From a bacterium (GTDB taxonomy: Bacteria; UBA8248; JACPRG01; G963555815), in assembly GCA_965261595.1 (NCBI GenBank), contig CBDHDG010000005.1, positions 800,001-864,000 of the forward strand: a stretch of 64,000 nt of DNA, written 5' to 3'. Both the position numbers and the translations under genes were made by a program. The first letter of the stretch is position 1; every line of letters begins with the position of its first letter. Positions 19,075-28,845 of the stretch are shown here, piece by piece. The notes beneath the pieces are model-generated. The model was not told where the DNA came from. It searched no databases and worked only from the letters and a program-made list of their open reading frames with translations.

Positions 19075-19368
19075 GAATCAACGTCCTTTCTGGTTCAGAT
19101 TGAGCTTGCGCCCGGGCAATTGCCGGTGCGGCCACCCATCCCGGTTCATATTTATGTAATGGATTCGGGTGAGACAGTCAAATCCAAGAAGAAATATCTT
19201 GCGCCGGGTGACGGCCGCCGGTCTTCGATCCCTGTTGGAATCACGGTCGCGGCGGCCCCCGCGATAGGGGATCGGGGGGCGGGGACGGCGGCTCAGGTTG
19301 ACCTGCGCTTTGTGGTTATGGTGGAATGCCTGCCTTGGAACCGCCGATGTCGAAAAGGAGGTCGGAGA

Positions 19369-19665
19369 ATGAAGAGCGCGCTGGAATTGGCCATGGAAAA
19401 GACGGAAAAGCTGGTCTCGGAAGAGAGCGCCGGCCTTTCCGATGCGCAGAAAAAACGGATTGCGGAGATCGAAGCGGAGTGCCGGGCGAAGGTCGCCGAA
19501 GCCGAGATCATGCTCGATGGAAAGATGCGGGATGCGGTCTCCGGCGATCCGGGGTCCGCGGAGGCCGCGGTCCTGGCCCTGCGAGAGGAGCACCTGAGAG
19601 ACAAAGAAACGTGGGCGGCGAAGCGGGATCGCGAGGTTGCCAAAGTGAAAGAGAAAAGGGGCTGA
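19369..19665 (+). CDS. Helical hypothetical protein (MKSALELAMEK N-terminus)
   Basis: AAGGAGG RBS; recurring bacterial N-terminal motif; coiled-coil composition. Confidence 0.75.
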   Translation: MKSALELAMEKTEKLVSEESAGLSDAQKKRIAEIEAECRAKVAEAEIMLDGKMRDAVSGDPGSAEAAVLALREEHLRDKETWAAKRDREVAKVKEKRG

Positions 19666-19668
19666 CGT

Positions 19669-19782
19669 ATGAGCGATGAGAGCGCCCGGCGGCCGCAGGC
19701 CGATCGGCCGCCCCGTGAAACATGGCAGAACCGCGTAGCGCAATTCCTGAAGCGAATTCGGCAGATGTTCGGAGGCCAGTGA
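19669..19782 (+). CDS. Possible 37-aa small protein with an amphipathic C-terminal helix
   Basis: ATG 3 nt after the upstream stop; purine-rich RBS; translates to MSDESARRPQADRPPRETWQNRVAQFLKRIRQMFGGQ. Confidence 0.4.
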   Translation: MSDESARRPQADRPPRETWQNRVAQFLKRIRQMFGGQ

Positions 19783-20088
19783 GGGACCCAGGTTTGACCC
19801 AACTCGACTCCAGGTCTGGAGTCCGGTGAAGAGGAAAGACCGAGACCCGAGCCGGACGTAAAGGATTCTTCTCCCTCCGCGTAAGGCCTTGGAAGCGTTC
19901 GCCCGCACCCTTGCGATTCATGGGTTGGCCCTGGGCGATTCCGCCTGACCGTCCCGCGGCGGAATGAGGACGTGGGCGCCGGCCGCTCTGCGCCCCTCAT
20001 AAGTCTCCATCACGCAAAGCGCTGGATAATCCCCCGGTTCTGTCGGACCCCGGCGGCTGGGAATCTCCTGGGTGTGGAGGTGGTGTCG

Positions 20089-20628
20089 TTGAAGCTGGAG
20101 GAGACCCTGATTACGGCCGAGGAAATTCGGCGCCGGGTGGAGGAGTTGTCCGATCGGATCCGAGCCGATTACAAGGGCCGGGACCTTCACCTCGTCGCCG
20201 TGATGAAGGGTTCGCTGTTTTTCACGGCGGATCTCATCCGGGCCTTGGAACGTCGGGTGACGCTGGGCTGCTTGATTGCGTCCAGCTATCGGGAGCGGAC
20301 GGTCAGTGAAGGCAATGTGGAGCTTCTGACCCAGGGGATGGGCGAGGTCAAAGGCCGCCACGTTCTGGTTGTAGACGATATCGTGGACACCGGGTATACG
20401 CTGGAGAAGATCCGCGAGGTGTTGATGGCCCACGAACCCGCTACGTTGAAGTTCGCCGTATTTCTGGACAAGGTGGAGATGCGCAAGGTTGCGTTCGATG
20501 TGGATTATGTCGGATACACCATTCCGCCGAAATGGGTCGTGGGGTACGGGCTGGATTGCGCCGAGCAGTATCGGGAGCTGGGCTCGATCCGGGTGATTGA
20601 CCCCGCCGGGGATGAGAACGGGGCTTAG
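20089..20628 (+). CDS. hpt: Hypoxanthine phosphoribosyltransferase
   Basis: VMKGS, ASSY, VLVVDDIVDTGYTL, FLDK and WVVGYGLD. Confidence 0.92.
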   Translation: MKLEETLITAEEIRRRVEELSDRIRADYKGRDLHLVAVMKGSLFFTADLIRALERRVTLGCLIASSYRERTVSEGNVELLTQGMGEVKGRHVLVVDDIVDTGYTLEKIREVLMAHEPATLKFAVFLDKVEMRKVAFDVDYVGYTIPPKWVVGYGLDCAEQYRELGSIRVIDPAGDENGA

Positions 20629-20740
20629 GGAATTCCCTGCTACGGTGGATGGCCGTCCTGAGTCATTTCAGGAGGAAGCCCGCGTGTCGCGGCGTCAGAG
20701 GGGAAGTCGGCGGCAACCCCCCCCCTCCCCCCAGATTCCA

Positions 20741-20817
20741 GCCGGGCAAGATGCCCGGCCTACCGGACGGCGGAAACCTGGTTTCTCCAATACAGGTAGG
20801 GCGGGCATCTTGCCCGC
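20741..20817. repeat. GTAG-type REP doublet, family 2
   Basis: GCCGGGCAAGATGCCCGGCCTACC and the inverted GGTAGGGCGGGCATCTTGCCCGC, between convergent genes. Confidence 0.7.
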
Positions 20818-20822
20818 GTTCT

Positions 20823-21517
20823 CTAGTCCGTTGAGGGAGCGGAGCGGCGAAGACGCCACATGTGGACCAGGGTCTTGATGTAGGGCCAGGCGAATTTGGC
20901 GATCCGCGCCTTGGAAGAGCCGTGGAGCCGCGGCTTGTACGTGAAGGGAACTTCACGAATAGACCCGCCCCCGGCCTGAATTCTGACGAGAATCTCAAGA
21001 AGGCCGTCATAGTGGGACGCCTCGCACGCGATGCCCTCCAGGGCCGCCGCCCGGTAGAGGCGGAAATTGCTTGAGAGATCATGAACCGGCAGGGAGAGCA
21101 GGGTGCGAAAGGTTCCGTTCAGGAGGCGGCTCAACAGCCACCGGGAAAAAGGCATTTCGGCCTTTCCACCGGGACATAGCGGGAGGCGATGACTACATCC
21201 GCGTTTTTCCGGTCCGCCCAGAGTCTCTCGATGTAGATGGGATCGTGGGAATGGTCTCCATCCATCGTAAGCACATAGGCCCCCCGGACGCGAGAGAAGC
21301 CTTCAAAGATGGCGCGGGTCAAGCCCGGGCGGGTTTGGGTCCAGCAATCGGCGCCGAAACGTTTCGCCACCTCGGTGGTTTCGTCGGAAGAGCCGCCGTC
21401 CACCACGAGGATCTCGAAATTCGGCGTGAGCTTGGACAGGGCTCGTTGCAGTTGTTCCAACAATCCCGGAAGGGTGCCCGCCTCATTCAAAGCGGGCAGG
21501 ATGATGGATAGGTCCAT
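20823..21517 (-). CDS. GT2 polyprenol-phosphate glycosyltransferase (DPM1-like), frameshifted near 21170
   Basis: LSIILPALNE, VDGGSSD, MDGDHSH and ASRYVP in one frame, then DLSSNFRLY and EVPF in another; adding 1 nt restores SRYVPGG. Confidence 0.85.
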
Positions 21518-21732
21518 GGGATTGTCCGAGGATGTGAGAGAAGCTTGAGTCCGGTTCACACCCTTTTTTATTGGATGGCTTTGGGTAAGTCAACTTTTTG
21601 GAATGGGACGCCGTATTTCGCCGGGCCGCTTGATTGTGCGGGGCGAGCGCGAAAGAAGCGGGAAGCCATGAGAATGGATCGAACACCGGACCCGCTGACG
21701 ATGCGCCTGCTTGTTCGGAGGCGGGAGAAGCC

Positions 21733-23508
21733 ATGACCGGGAAACAGAAACACCTCGAGGCCGCCGCGGGGGTCTCCCAGGGCGGAAGCGCCCGCCCCGG
21801 ATTGATTCTCGGCGGAATTCTTCTGGGCGCGTTCATCCTCAGGACGGTTGGCGCCAATCAGGTTTTCTCGGCTGTCGAGATGCCGGTGACCTCCTTGCTG
21901 GCCGGCTTCAGGCTCACCCTGGCCCCCTGGTTGGGCGGGGACGCCCTCCTGGAGAACTTTTTCGTTCAACTTGTTTTGTTCTACCGGGGCGTATCGGCCC
22001 CTTTGATCCTCTACATCGATCTCTCTTTGTTGAGGCTGTTCGGGATTCGCATTTCGGAATTTCTTTTGGTGTTGCCGTTTATCCTGGCGGGTTTGCTGGG
22101 GGTGGCCGCCATTTATGCGCTGGGGAAGCGATTCTTCGGGGTGCGGGCGGGGCTTTTGGCCGCGCTTTTTATGGGATTGGCTTCTTGGCACGTAGCCAAT
22201 TCTCGGACCCCGCAGTCTTTGGTGGTCGTTTTTCTGATCCAGGTTCTCGTCTTCCTGGCGGTGGATAAGCTGATTGAGACGCGCGCCCGCCGGTGGGCGA
22301 TAGGGAGCGCCCTGGCCCTCGCCTTGGAGGTGATGAGCAACAACGGGTTTCCCTTCACCCTTCTGGTGGTCGCTTTTTTCTTCGTCGCCCGCGCCCGGCG
22401 GAATGGAGGGGATTGGAAAGGCCGGTTGGGCGAGGTCGTCCGCAAATCCGGTTTTCGTTATTGGGCAATGATTCCCATCCTGGCCGTTCTCTTTCAGGGC
22501 GTGGTTTTCATTCTTGCGATGTGGAGGAACGAGCTCCTTGGCCTTCTGGCGTGGTCCAACCAGCACAGCCGGTATTTCTTCGATGTCGGACCGTCGGTCA
22601 TTATTCATGAAGCGGGGTCCCCGCTGACCCAGAGGATGTTCGGAAGCATTCTCAACATCGGGATTGGGTTGAACCTCCTTTTCGCATTGACTTGTTTGGT
22701 TTCCCTGGTGTTGCACATTCCAAGGCTTTGGCGCTTCGACACCGCGGGGGTCCTGGTGTTCTGGTATGGGGTTCTGGGTCTTCCGCAAATCTTTTTCTTC
22801 TACACCTATCCGGAGATTGCGGCGACCAACATCGCCGTGCCGCTCTGCCTTCTGGGCGCGAAGCTCATGAGTGACCTTTGGGAGCGACGGCGGGTTTTGG
22901 GCATTGCCCTGGTGGTGTTGGCCGCGGCCGATGGACTGTCGGGGGCCCTTTATACGAACCTGTTTTTACCGACGCCGAACTGGGGCCTCTATATCCGGGC
23001 CGAGGCGGAAAATGCCTGGGGCGCATCCCGCGGATTTCGTGGAATCAAATCGGCCGCGTATTTCGTCCGGGCCCGGATGCCGAAAGACGATACGGTCTAC
23101 GTCAATCTGTATGGCGAGGCTTCCGAGCTCTACTTCAACCGGCAGCTTTGTGAATGCGGGGGCAGGGGAAAAAAGGCGCTTTACCGCAACGCGGAGGATC
23201 AGGGGAATCCGGGCATCGACTGGTTCATCGAATACAACCCGTGGATGGACCCCCTTGGGCGGGTGACCGGAGGAAGTGATTATGAAAAGTGGGTCGGGTG
23301 GACGACGAGATTGAATGGCGGGCCGGGCCATCTGGCCGCCGTCGGGCGCGATGGAGAAACCGTCCTGTGGAAGGTGTTCAGCCGGAAGCCGGCCGAGACG
23401 GAAAACCTCCAGCACGGACCCCTCGTCTCCAGATTCAACAGGGAGTATATGACCCCCGATCGATTCTTCACGAACCGATTGGGGGGGATGACCTTCTGGA
23501 TGAACTGA
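21733..23508 (+). CDS. GT-C (ArnT/PMT-like) polytopic membrane glycosyltransferase
   Basis: Many transmembrane segments; AIYALGKRFFGVRAGLLAALF..WHVANSR pattern; soluble C-terminal domain. Confidence 0.7.
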   Translation: MTGKQKHLEAAAGVSQGGSARPGLILGGILLGAFILRTVGANQVFSAVEMPVTSLLAGFRLTLAPWLGGDALLENFFVQLVLFYRGVSAPLILYIDLSLLRLFGIRISEFLLVLPFILAGLLGVAAIYALGKRFFGVRAGLLAALFMGLASWHVANSRTPQSLVVVFLIQVLVFLAVDKLIETRARRWAIGSALALALEVMSNNGFPFTLLVVAFFFVARARRNGGDWKGRLGEVVRKSGFRYWAMIPILAVLFQGVVFILAMWRNELLGLLAWSNQHSRYFFDVGPSVIIHEAGSPLTQRMFGSILNIGIGLNLLFALTCLVSLVLHIPRLWRFDTAGVLVFWYGVLGLPQIFFFYTYPEIAATNIAVPLCLLGAKLMSDLWERRRVLGIALVVLAAADGLSGALYTNLFLPTPNWGLYIRAEAENAWGASRGFRGIKSAAYFVRARMPKDDTVYVNLYGEASELYFNRQLCECGGRGKKALYRNAEDQGNPGIDWFIEYNPWMDPLGRVTGGSDYEKWVGWTTRLNGGPGHLAAVGRDGETVLWKVFSRKPAETENLQHGPLVSRFNREYMTPDRFFTNRLGGMTFWMN

Positions 23509-24320
23509 TGGGCGCATTGCTTGAAACCCTGTTCGGCGCGCCGAACCCGCTTGTGGTGATGGTGCATTTGCTCCCGCTGCCGGGAAGCCCTTTTCACGAT
23601 GAAGGGGGGGGCGGGCTGAAGGCCATCCTCGACCGAGCGGTTGCGGACGCGGAGGCCGCGCGGGAGGGGGGCGCGCACGGAATTGTCGTCGAGAATTTCG
23701 GCGATATGCCGTTCCTGCCCGTCGCGGTGGAGCCCATCACGACGGCCTGCGTCGCCCGGGCCGTCGGCGACGTGCGCGAGGCCGTCGACCTGCCCTGCGG
23801 CGTGAGCGTTCTTCGTAACGACGCGGCCGCGGCCCTGTCCATCGCCTCGGTGGCCGGGTGTTCCTTCATCCGGGTCGGCGTCCACACGGGGACGATGGTC
23901 ACCGACCAGGGGATCATCCGGGGGACGGCCCATGAGACCCTCCGTTTGAGGAAGCTTCTGGGATCGAACGTCCGGATTTTCGGCGACTTTCAGGTGAAGC
24001 ACGCCGCCGCCCTCGCGCCCCCCGACCTGGATCGGGACGCCCGCGATCTGGTCGAGCGGGGGCTGGCCGACGCCGTTGTGGTCTCTGGAATCGGGACGGG
24101 AATTCCGGCCGAGCTGGACATCGTTCGGCGGGTCAAGCGGGCAATCCCCGGAACGCCGGTTCTTCTGGGGAGCGGCGTCGATGCGGAGAACGTGGCCGAC
24201 ATGCTCGCGGCGGGCGATGGGGCCATCGTGGGCTCTTCCGTTAAAGAGGACGGGAAGCTCGGACAACCGGTGAGCGCAAGCCGGGTTCGGGAGTTGGTCC
24301 GCCGGGGCGGGGGGGGCTGA
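23508..24320 (+). CDS. BtpA/SgcQ family TIM-barrel protein
   Basis: MVHLLPLPGSP, VENFGDMPF, VLRND, VKHA and LGSGV; TGATG overlap with the upstream gene. Confidence 0.9.
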   Translation: MGALLETLFGAPNPLVVMVHLLPLPGSPFHDEGGGGLKAILDRAVADAEAAREGGAHGIVVENFGDMPFLPVAVEPITTACVARAVGDVREAVDLPCGVSVLRNDAAAALSIASVAGCSFIRVGVHTGTMVTDQGIIRGTAHETLRLRKLLGSNVRIFGDFQVKHAAALAPPDLDRDARDLVERGLADAVVVSGIGTGIPAELDIVRRVKRAIPGTPVLLGSGVDAENVADMLAAGDGAIVGSSVKEDGKLGQPVSASRVRELVRRGGGG

Positions 24321-24356
24321 CCGGGTGAGCGTCTCCCGCGAATTCCTCCTCCGTGG

Positions 24357-24776
24357 ATGCGTGAATTGAAGGCTGTGGAAGTCTTTCAGCTTGCGGAAGA
24401 AGTGAGCCGCCTGCGCCGGTCGGAGGAGAAAATTGGCCACCGGGACTTGGTCGTGCGCCCGGAGTACCGGGCGGGGATCGTCGTCTTTCGAAGCCCGGGC
24501 GCCCGGCCGGATGACCCGGGGGATCCCAAAGAGATCACCCACGCGGACCTGGACGTCCTGGTCCACGTCCTCGGGGGCGGTGGGACGTTGACGGTGAGAG
24601 GCGAGGCCCGGGACCTGGTTGCGGGAATGGCCGTCCGGTTGCCGGCCGGGACGCCGCATGATTTCGCCGCCGGGGAGGGGGAGGGGGGGGAGGACCTGGT
24701 TCTGTTCTACGCCATGATTCGCGTGAAAGCCGAGACGCCTGAATCTCTCACAACGGATTCCCGCCAAACCGGATAG
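24357..24776 (+). CDS. Cupin domain protein
   Basis: H..D..VHVLGG.G and LPAGTPHDF cupin motifs. Confidence 0.75.
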   Translation: MRELKAVEVFQLAEEVSRLRRSEEKIGHRDLVVRPEYRAGIVVFRSPGARPDDPGDPKEITHADLDVLVHVLGGGGTLTVRGEARDLVAGMAVRLPAGTPHDFAAGEGEGGEDLVLFYAMIRVKAETPESLTTDSRQTG

Positions 24777-24788
24777 ACCGGCCCGGTC

Positions 24789-25817
24789 TTATGGATCGAC
24801 CCCGATTTCCTTGAGCATCCTTCTGTACTCGATGGCGGCCGCGTCCGGCGTCTTGACGTGTAGCTCCTCGGTCAAGTCCAAGGGAAGTTCTTCGGGACGC
24901 TGGCGCTCGACGATCACCAAGTCCTGTTCAAAGACGATTTCGTGATTCCGGACGACCTCCCGCACGGTCTCATCGAGAACCTCGGCCTTCACGTCGTCAT
25001 CGGTGACGATGATGGGTCCATGAATGATGTCGTTTGTTTCCAGATCGTAGTTGCGAATCCCAATCAGGAACCGTGTGCTCAACCTGGCCGAGTGGGGCAG
25101 GCCCAACACGAAGAGCACTTTGGTCCGTCCGTCGTGTTCCGCTTTCGACATGTGACATGTGAAGGGCAGGTTGACGCGGTAGGTTTGACGGTGAGGGAAT
25201 GGGGCGATGGGGGTCGGGATGTTCTCGAATCCGCACACGAACTCTTCACCGTTGCGGTTCAGGTCCATTTCGGGCGCCAGGGTGTCGGAGCGGTCGCCGA
25301 GAATGCCCTCATGGACCCAGGCGAAGTGGGATTGGTCCAGGAAGTTTTCCATCACGCGGGCCGCGCTGCCCTTCCAGAATTTTCTTTGGAACAGGAACGG
25401 CCGATAGCTCGGGTCGTCATACTCCGGGCACTGGGGAATCGGCGCCCGGGGGGTCTCGGACAGGCAGACCCACACGAGGCCGTACTTCTCGCGGGCCCGG
25501 AAGGACTTCAGGCACGCCTTCTTGGGGATGGGATGCTCCGCCGGGACCGAGGGAATCCGGACGCACCGGCCGTCCTCCCCGTAAGCCCAGCCGTGATAGG
25601 CGCAGACGAGATTTTCGCCTTCCACCCATCCCATGGAAATGGGCGTTCCCCGGTGGATGCACAGGTCTCGGAACGCCCTGACCCGGCCCGCCAGCCGGCA
25701 GACCGCGATGCGCTCGTCCAGAAGGGTGACCGCGATGGGCCCATCGCCGAGCTCCCCGGATAACGCGACAGGATGCCAGTAGTGTCGCAGGACGGGCCAA
25801 AGGTCGCTCTCTTTCAA
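24789..25817 (-). CDS. Rieske non-heme iron oxygenase alpha subunit (VanA/NdmA-like demethylase group)
   Basis: CIHRG..CAYHGW Rieske motif, ENFLDQSHFAWVH iron motif and VFEQD. Confidence 0.9.
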   Translation of the reverse strand: MKESDLWPVLRHYWHPVALSGELGDGPIAVTLLDERIAVCRLAGRVRAFRDLCIHRGTPISMGWVEGENLVCAYHGWAYGEDGRCVRIPSVPAEHPIPKKACLKSFRAREKYGLVWVCLSETPRAPIPQCPEYDDPSYRPFLFQRKFWKGSAARVMENFLDQSHFAWVHEGILGDRSDTLAPEMDLNRNGEEFVCGFENIPTPIAPFPHRQTYRVNLPFTCHMSKAEHDGRTKVLFVLGLPHSARLSTRFLIGIRNYDLETNDIIHGPIIVTDDDVKAEVLDETVREVVRNHEIVFEQDLVIVERQRPEELPLDLTEELHVKTPDAAAIEYRRMLKEIGVDP

Positions 25818-25896
25818 AGGCCTTTCTCCCGGGCGTCCAGGTCCGGCAGTTTTTTCATCCGTGAATGTTCGAGGGAGGGAGAAAAGGGTCCCCGGT

Positions 25897-26742
25897 TCAA
25901 TCGCTGTGGCTCAGGACGGCCGTATTGCGGCCTTTCAGCTCCTCTTCCACCAGACGGGTCGCTTCGCGCCGAACGAGGTTGAAGTCCGGTGCGGTGACAT
26001 CGCGTGGGCGCTCGAGGGAGATGTCGATGATCTCTTTGATGCGTCCGGGGCGCGCCGTCATGACGACCACGCGGTCCCCCAGGAAGACGGCCTCTTCCAC
26101 GTTGTGGGTCACGAACAGAATGGTTTTGTGGGAATCCTGCCAGAGCCGGATCAACTCCTTCTGCAAGTCCTTGCGGGTTTGCGCGTCCAGGGCCGCAAAG
26201 GGCTCGTCCATGAGCAGGATCTCGGGGTCGTTGGCGAGCACGCGGATGAGCGAGACGCGTTGTTTCATTCCCCCGGACAGCTCGTGGGGATAACGGTTCG
26301 CAAACTCTTCCAGGCCCACGGCGTTCAGGTAGGTCTCGGCGATGCCGATCTGCTCCTCCTTGGGCAGGCCTTTTTCCTTCAGTCCGTAGCAGACGTTGTC
26401 CAGGACCGTCATCCAGGGGAACAGCGCGTACTCCTGAAACACGACGCCCCGATCGGCGCCCGGCTTCGTGATGGGGCGGCCTCGGAGCGTCACCTGGCCC
26501 GCGGTTGTTTCCTCGAACCCGGCGATGATGTTGAGCAGGGTGGATTTTCCGCAGCCGCTCGGCCCGAGAATTGTGAGGAATTCACCCTCCAGGACCTCGA
26601 AGTCGAGGTCCTGGAGGGCGATGATTTCGCGCCCTTCGGAAATGTCGTGAAAGCTTTTCTGGAGGCCCCGGCAATGGATGAGGGCTTCCCCCCCCCGCTC
26701 CCCCGATCCGCCCGATGGAGAGGATTGCGTCGCATCTGTCAT
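25897..26742 (-). CDS. ABC ATP-binding protein (NitT/TauT family)
   Basis: GPSGCGKS, LSGGMKQR, LMDEPF and VTHNVEEA. Confidence 0.93.
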   Translation of the reverse strand: MTDATQSSPSGGSGERGGEALIHCRGLQKSFHDISEGREIIALQDLDFEVLEGEFLTILGPSGCGKSTLLNIIAGFEETTAGQVTLRGRPITKPGADRGVVFQEYALFPWMTVLDNVCYGLKEKGLPKEEQIGIAETYLNAVGLEEFANRYPHELSGGMKQRVSLIRVLANDPEILLMDEPFAALDAQTRKDLQKELIRLWQDSHKTILFVTHNVEEAVFLGDRVVVMTARPGRIKEIIDISLERPRDVTAPDFNLVRREATRLVEEELKGRNTAVLSHSD

Positions 26743-26746
26743 GGGT

Positions 26747-27529
26747 TCAGGTTCCTTCCGCCCACCGGAGCGCGCGGTCTCGAATGAAGACGATGATCCG
26801 GTCGGACAGGAAACCCATAGTCCCGATGCTCACCATGGCGGCGACGATCAGGTCCATCCGGATGAATTCATAAGCGGTCCACAGGGCGCGCCCGAGGCCG
26901 GCGTCCACGGCCAGCATCTCCGCGACGATCACCAGGACCCAGGCGAGGCCGATCCCGAGGCGCAACCCGGTGATGATCGACGGGAGCGCCGAGGGAAGGA
27001 CGACGCGTCGAAGGAGCTGGCTCTGCTTGGTCCCCAACATCAGCGCGGCCCGAATCAGGACTTTCGGAACATGTTGCGCTCCGGCCGTTGAATTCACCAC
27101 AATCGGGAAAAACGTCCCGAATGCGATGAGAAAGATGGCGGAAGTGTCTTGGATCCCGAAGAAGACGATGGAAAAGGGGAGCCAAGCCGTAACCGGAATG
27201 GGCCGCAAAAGCTGGATAAAGGGGTCGAACAAATTTGACATCAGCCTGAACCACCCGATCAGGACGCCGAGGATGACGCCCGCCACCGCCGCGATGATAA
27301 AGCCGATGAGGACCCGGTAGAGGCTGTCCAGCAGGTGTAGGAGCCAGGTTCCGGAGTACCATACATTGGGATTCGTCGGGGACCCGAAGATCCACTCCCA
27401 CCATCCGGTCACCACCTGGATGGGGGAGGGGGTGTACCTGGGCTCCATCAGTTCCAGCCAACTGATCATGCTCCACAGAAAGACGAACACAACCGGAACG
27501 ATAAACTTTTGGAGAGTGTCACGCTTCAT
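26747..27529 (-). CDS. ABC permease (NitT/TauT family)
   Basis: LRPIPVTAW, RAALMLG..VVLPSALPSI and VIVAEM. Confidence 0.92.
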   Translation of the reverse strand: MKRDTLQKFIVPVVFVFLWSMISWLELMEPRYTPSPIQVVTGWWEWIFGSPTNPNVWYSGTWLLHLLDSLYRVLIGFIIAAVAGVILGVLIGWFRLMSNLFDPFIQLLRPIPVTAWLPFSIVFFGIQDTSAIFLIAFGTFFPIVVNSTAGAQHVPKVLIRAALMLGTKQSQLLRRVVLPSALPSIITGLRLGIGLAWVLVIVAEMLAVDAGLGRALWTAYEFIRMDLIVAAMVSIGTMGFLSDRIIVFIRDRALRWAEGT

Positions 27530-27637
27530 GAATCACCACCCCGGTCAACAAGGGGGAGGGGGCCGGCAACGCGCCAAGCCCGCGGGCTTCCGGCGGCTCA
27601 GCCGCCGACCGAACGGTTGGTTCGGAAATCCTCCGCG

Positions 27638-28597
27638 TCATTTGAATTGCGGCATCACTTTCTCCGCGATGACCCGCAAAGACTCTTTGCACCTTTCCCA
27701 TGGGCAGAAGGCAAAGTGGAACTCTTCGACGCCGATGTCGATCCATTCCTGTATTCGGGCGGCGATCTTCTCGGGGGGGCCGATGAAAGAGTTGGTGTGC
27801 ATGAATTCCATGCCGATGTCCATTTGGTGATGCTCGACAAAATAGGACAGCGCCGGCTGGATGGCCGATTCGGCCCGCTTGACATCGTCATCGACGGCGC
27901 ACCACGCCTCGCAGATGAACCGGAAGCCGTTCAGGTCGCGGCCCTCTTTTTCAGCGGCCGAGCGAATGGCGGCTATCCCTTCCCGCATGTGGTCGAGGGT
28001 CGGCGCCCAGGGGCCCCAGCCGCATCCGATGCGCGCGGCGCGCTCCCAGGTTTTGCGAACCCCGCCCCCGAACCAGAGCCCGGGATAGGGCTTCTGGATG
28101 GGCTTGGGCTCCAGGGTGACGTTTTCCAGTTGGTAGAACTCCCCGTCATACGTCACGTTGTCCTCGGTCCAGAGGCGGATCATGACCTCCAGCGCTTCGT
28201 CATAAGCCCGGCCCCGGGTCTTGAACGCGTTGCCCGTGTTCTTGTAGTCCGGTTCGTACGCGCCGATGCCCACGCCCGTGTCCAACCGGCCGCCCGAAGC
28301 GCGGTCCAGCGTCGCGAGCGTTTTCGCCAACATGTAGGGATGGCGAAGGGGCACCAGAAGCACACCGGCGCCGAGATGAATTTTCGTGGTGACGGCCGCC
28401 AACTGGGATAGGGTGACGATGGGGTCATAGAGCCCCTTGTGGCCGAAAGCGGCGAGCCCTTCGGTGTAAATTGGGTGATCCGCGACCTGAAGCGTATCGT
28501 ACCCCAACGCCTCCGCTTCCTGGGCGGCTTCCTTCAGGTACTCCATCGTGATCGTGGGATATCCGAACGCCGGAAGAAAAACCCCGAACCTGGCCAC
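27638..28597 (-). CDS. LLM-class oxidoreductase (possibly F420-dependent)
   Basis: VADHP, ATLDRASGGRL, PKPIQKPYP and WFGGG; GGAGG RBS before GTG at 28597. Confidence 0.88.
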   Translation of the reverse strand: MARFGVFLPAFGYPTITMEYLKEAAQEAEALGYDTLQVADHPIYTEGLAAFGHKGLYDPIVTLSQLAAVTTKIHLGAGVLLVPLRHPYMLAKTLATLDRASGGRLDTGVGIGAYEPDYKNTGNAFKTRGRAYDEALEVMIRLWTEDNVTYDGEFYQLENVTLEPKPIQKPYPGLWFGGGVRKTWERAARIGCGWGPWAPTLDHMREGIAAIRSAAEKEGRDLNGFRFICEAWCAVDDDVKRAESAIQPALSYFVEHHQMDIGMEFMHTNSFIGPPEKIAARIQEWIDIGVEEFHFAFCPWERCKESLRVIAEKVMPQFK

Positions 28598-28845
28598 TTC
28601 TGAATTCCTCCATGAAGAATATGCACACACCGATTATTCGAAATCCGGTGTGTTCCCACTCGGCTCGCGGGACCACTTCGGACGTGCGGGGCGAACGTTA
28701 TCATTTTTTCAGGGGTTCGACAAGCGATGCGCGTCCCGGGGCGGGGATTGAAGCGTTCCTCGGGTTTCCTCTAGTATGGGGTAGTTCGATGCCGTCTCCC
28801 CGGTCGCGTCGAGCTTGGAAACTCTCATCGAGTGGAGCCACCGCC

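Noticed and set aside
18235..19368. N-terminal 378 codons of the 476-aa plus-strand ORF
   Set aside because: Mostly antisense to the minus-strand gene; the credible start with a strong RBS is at 19369
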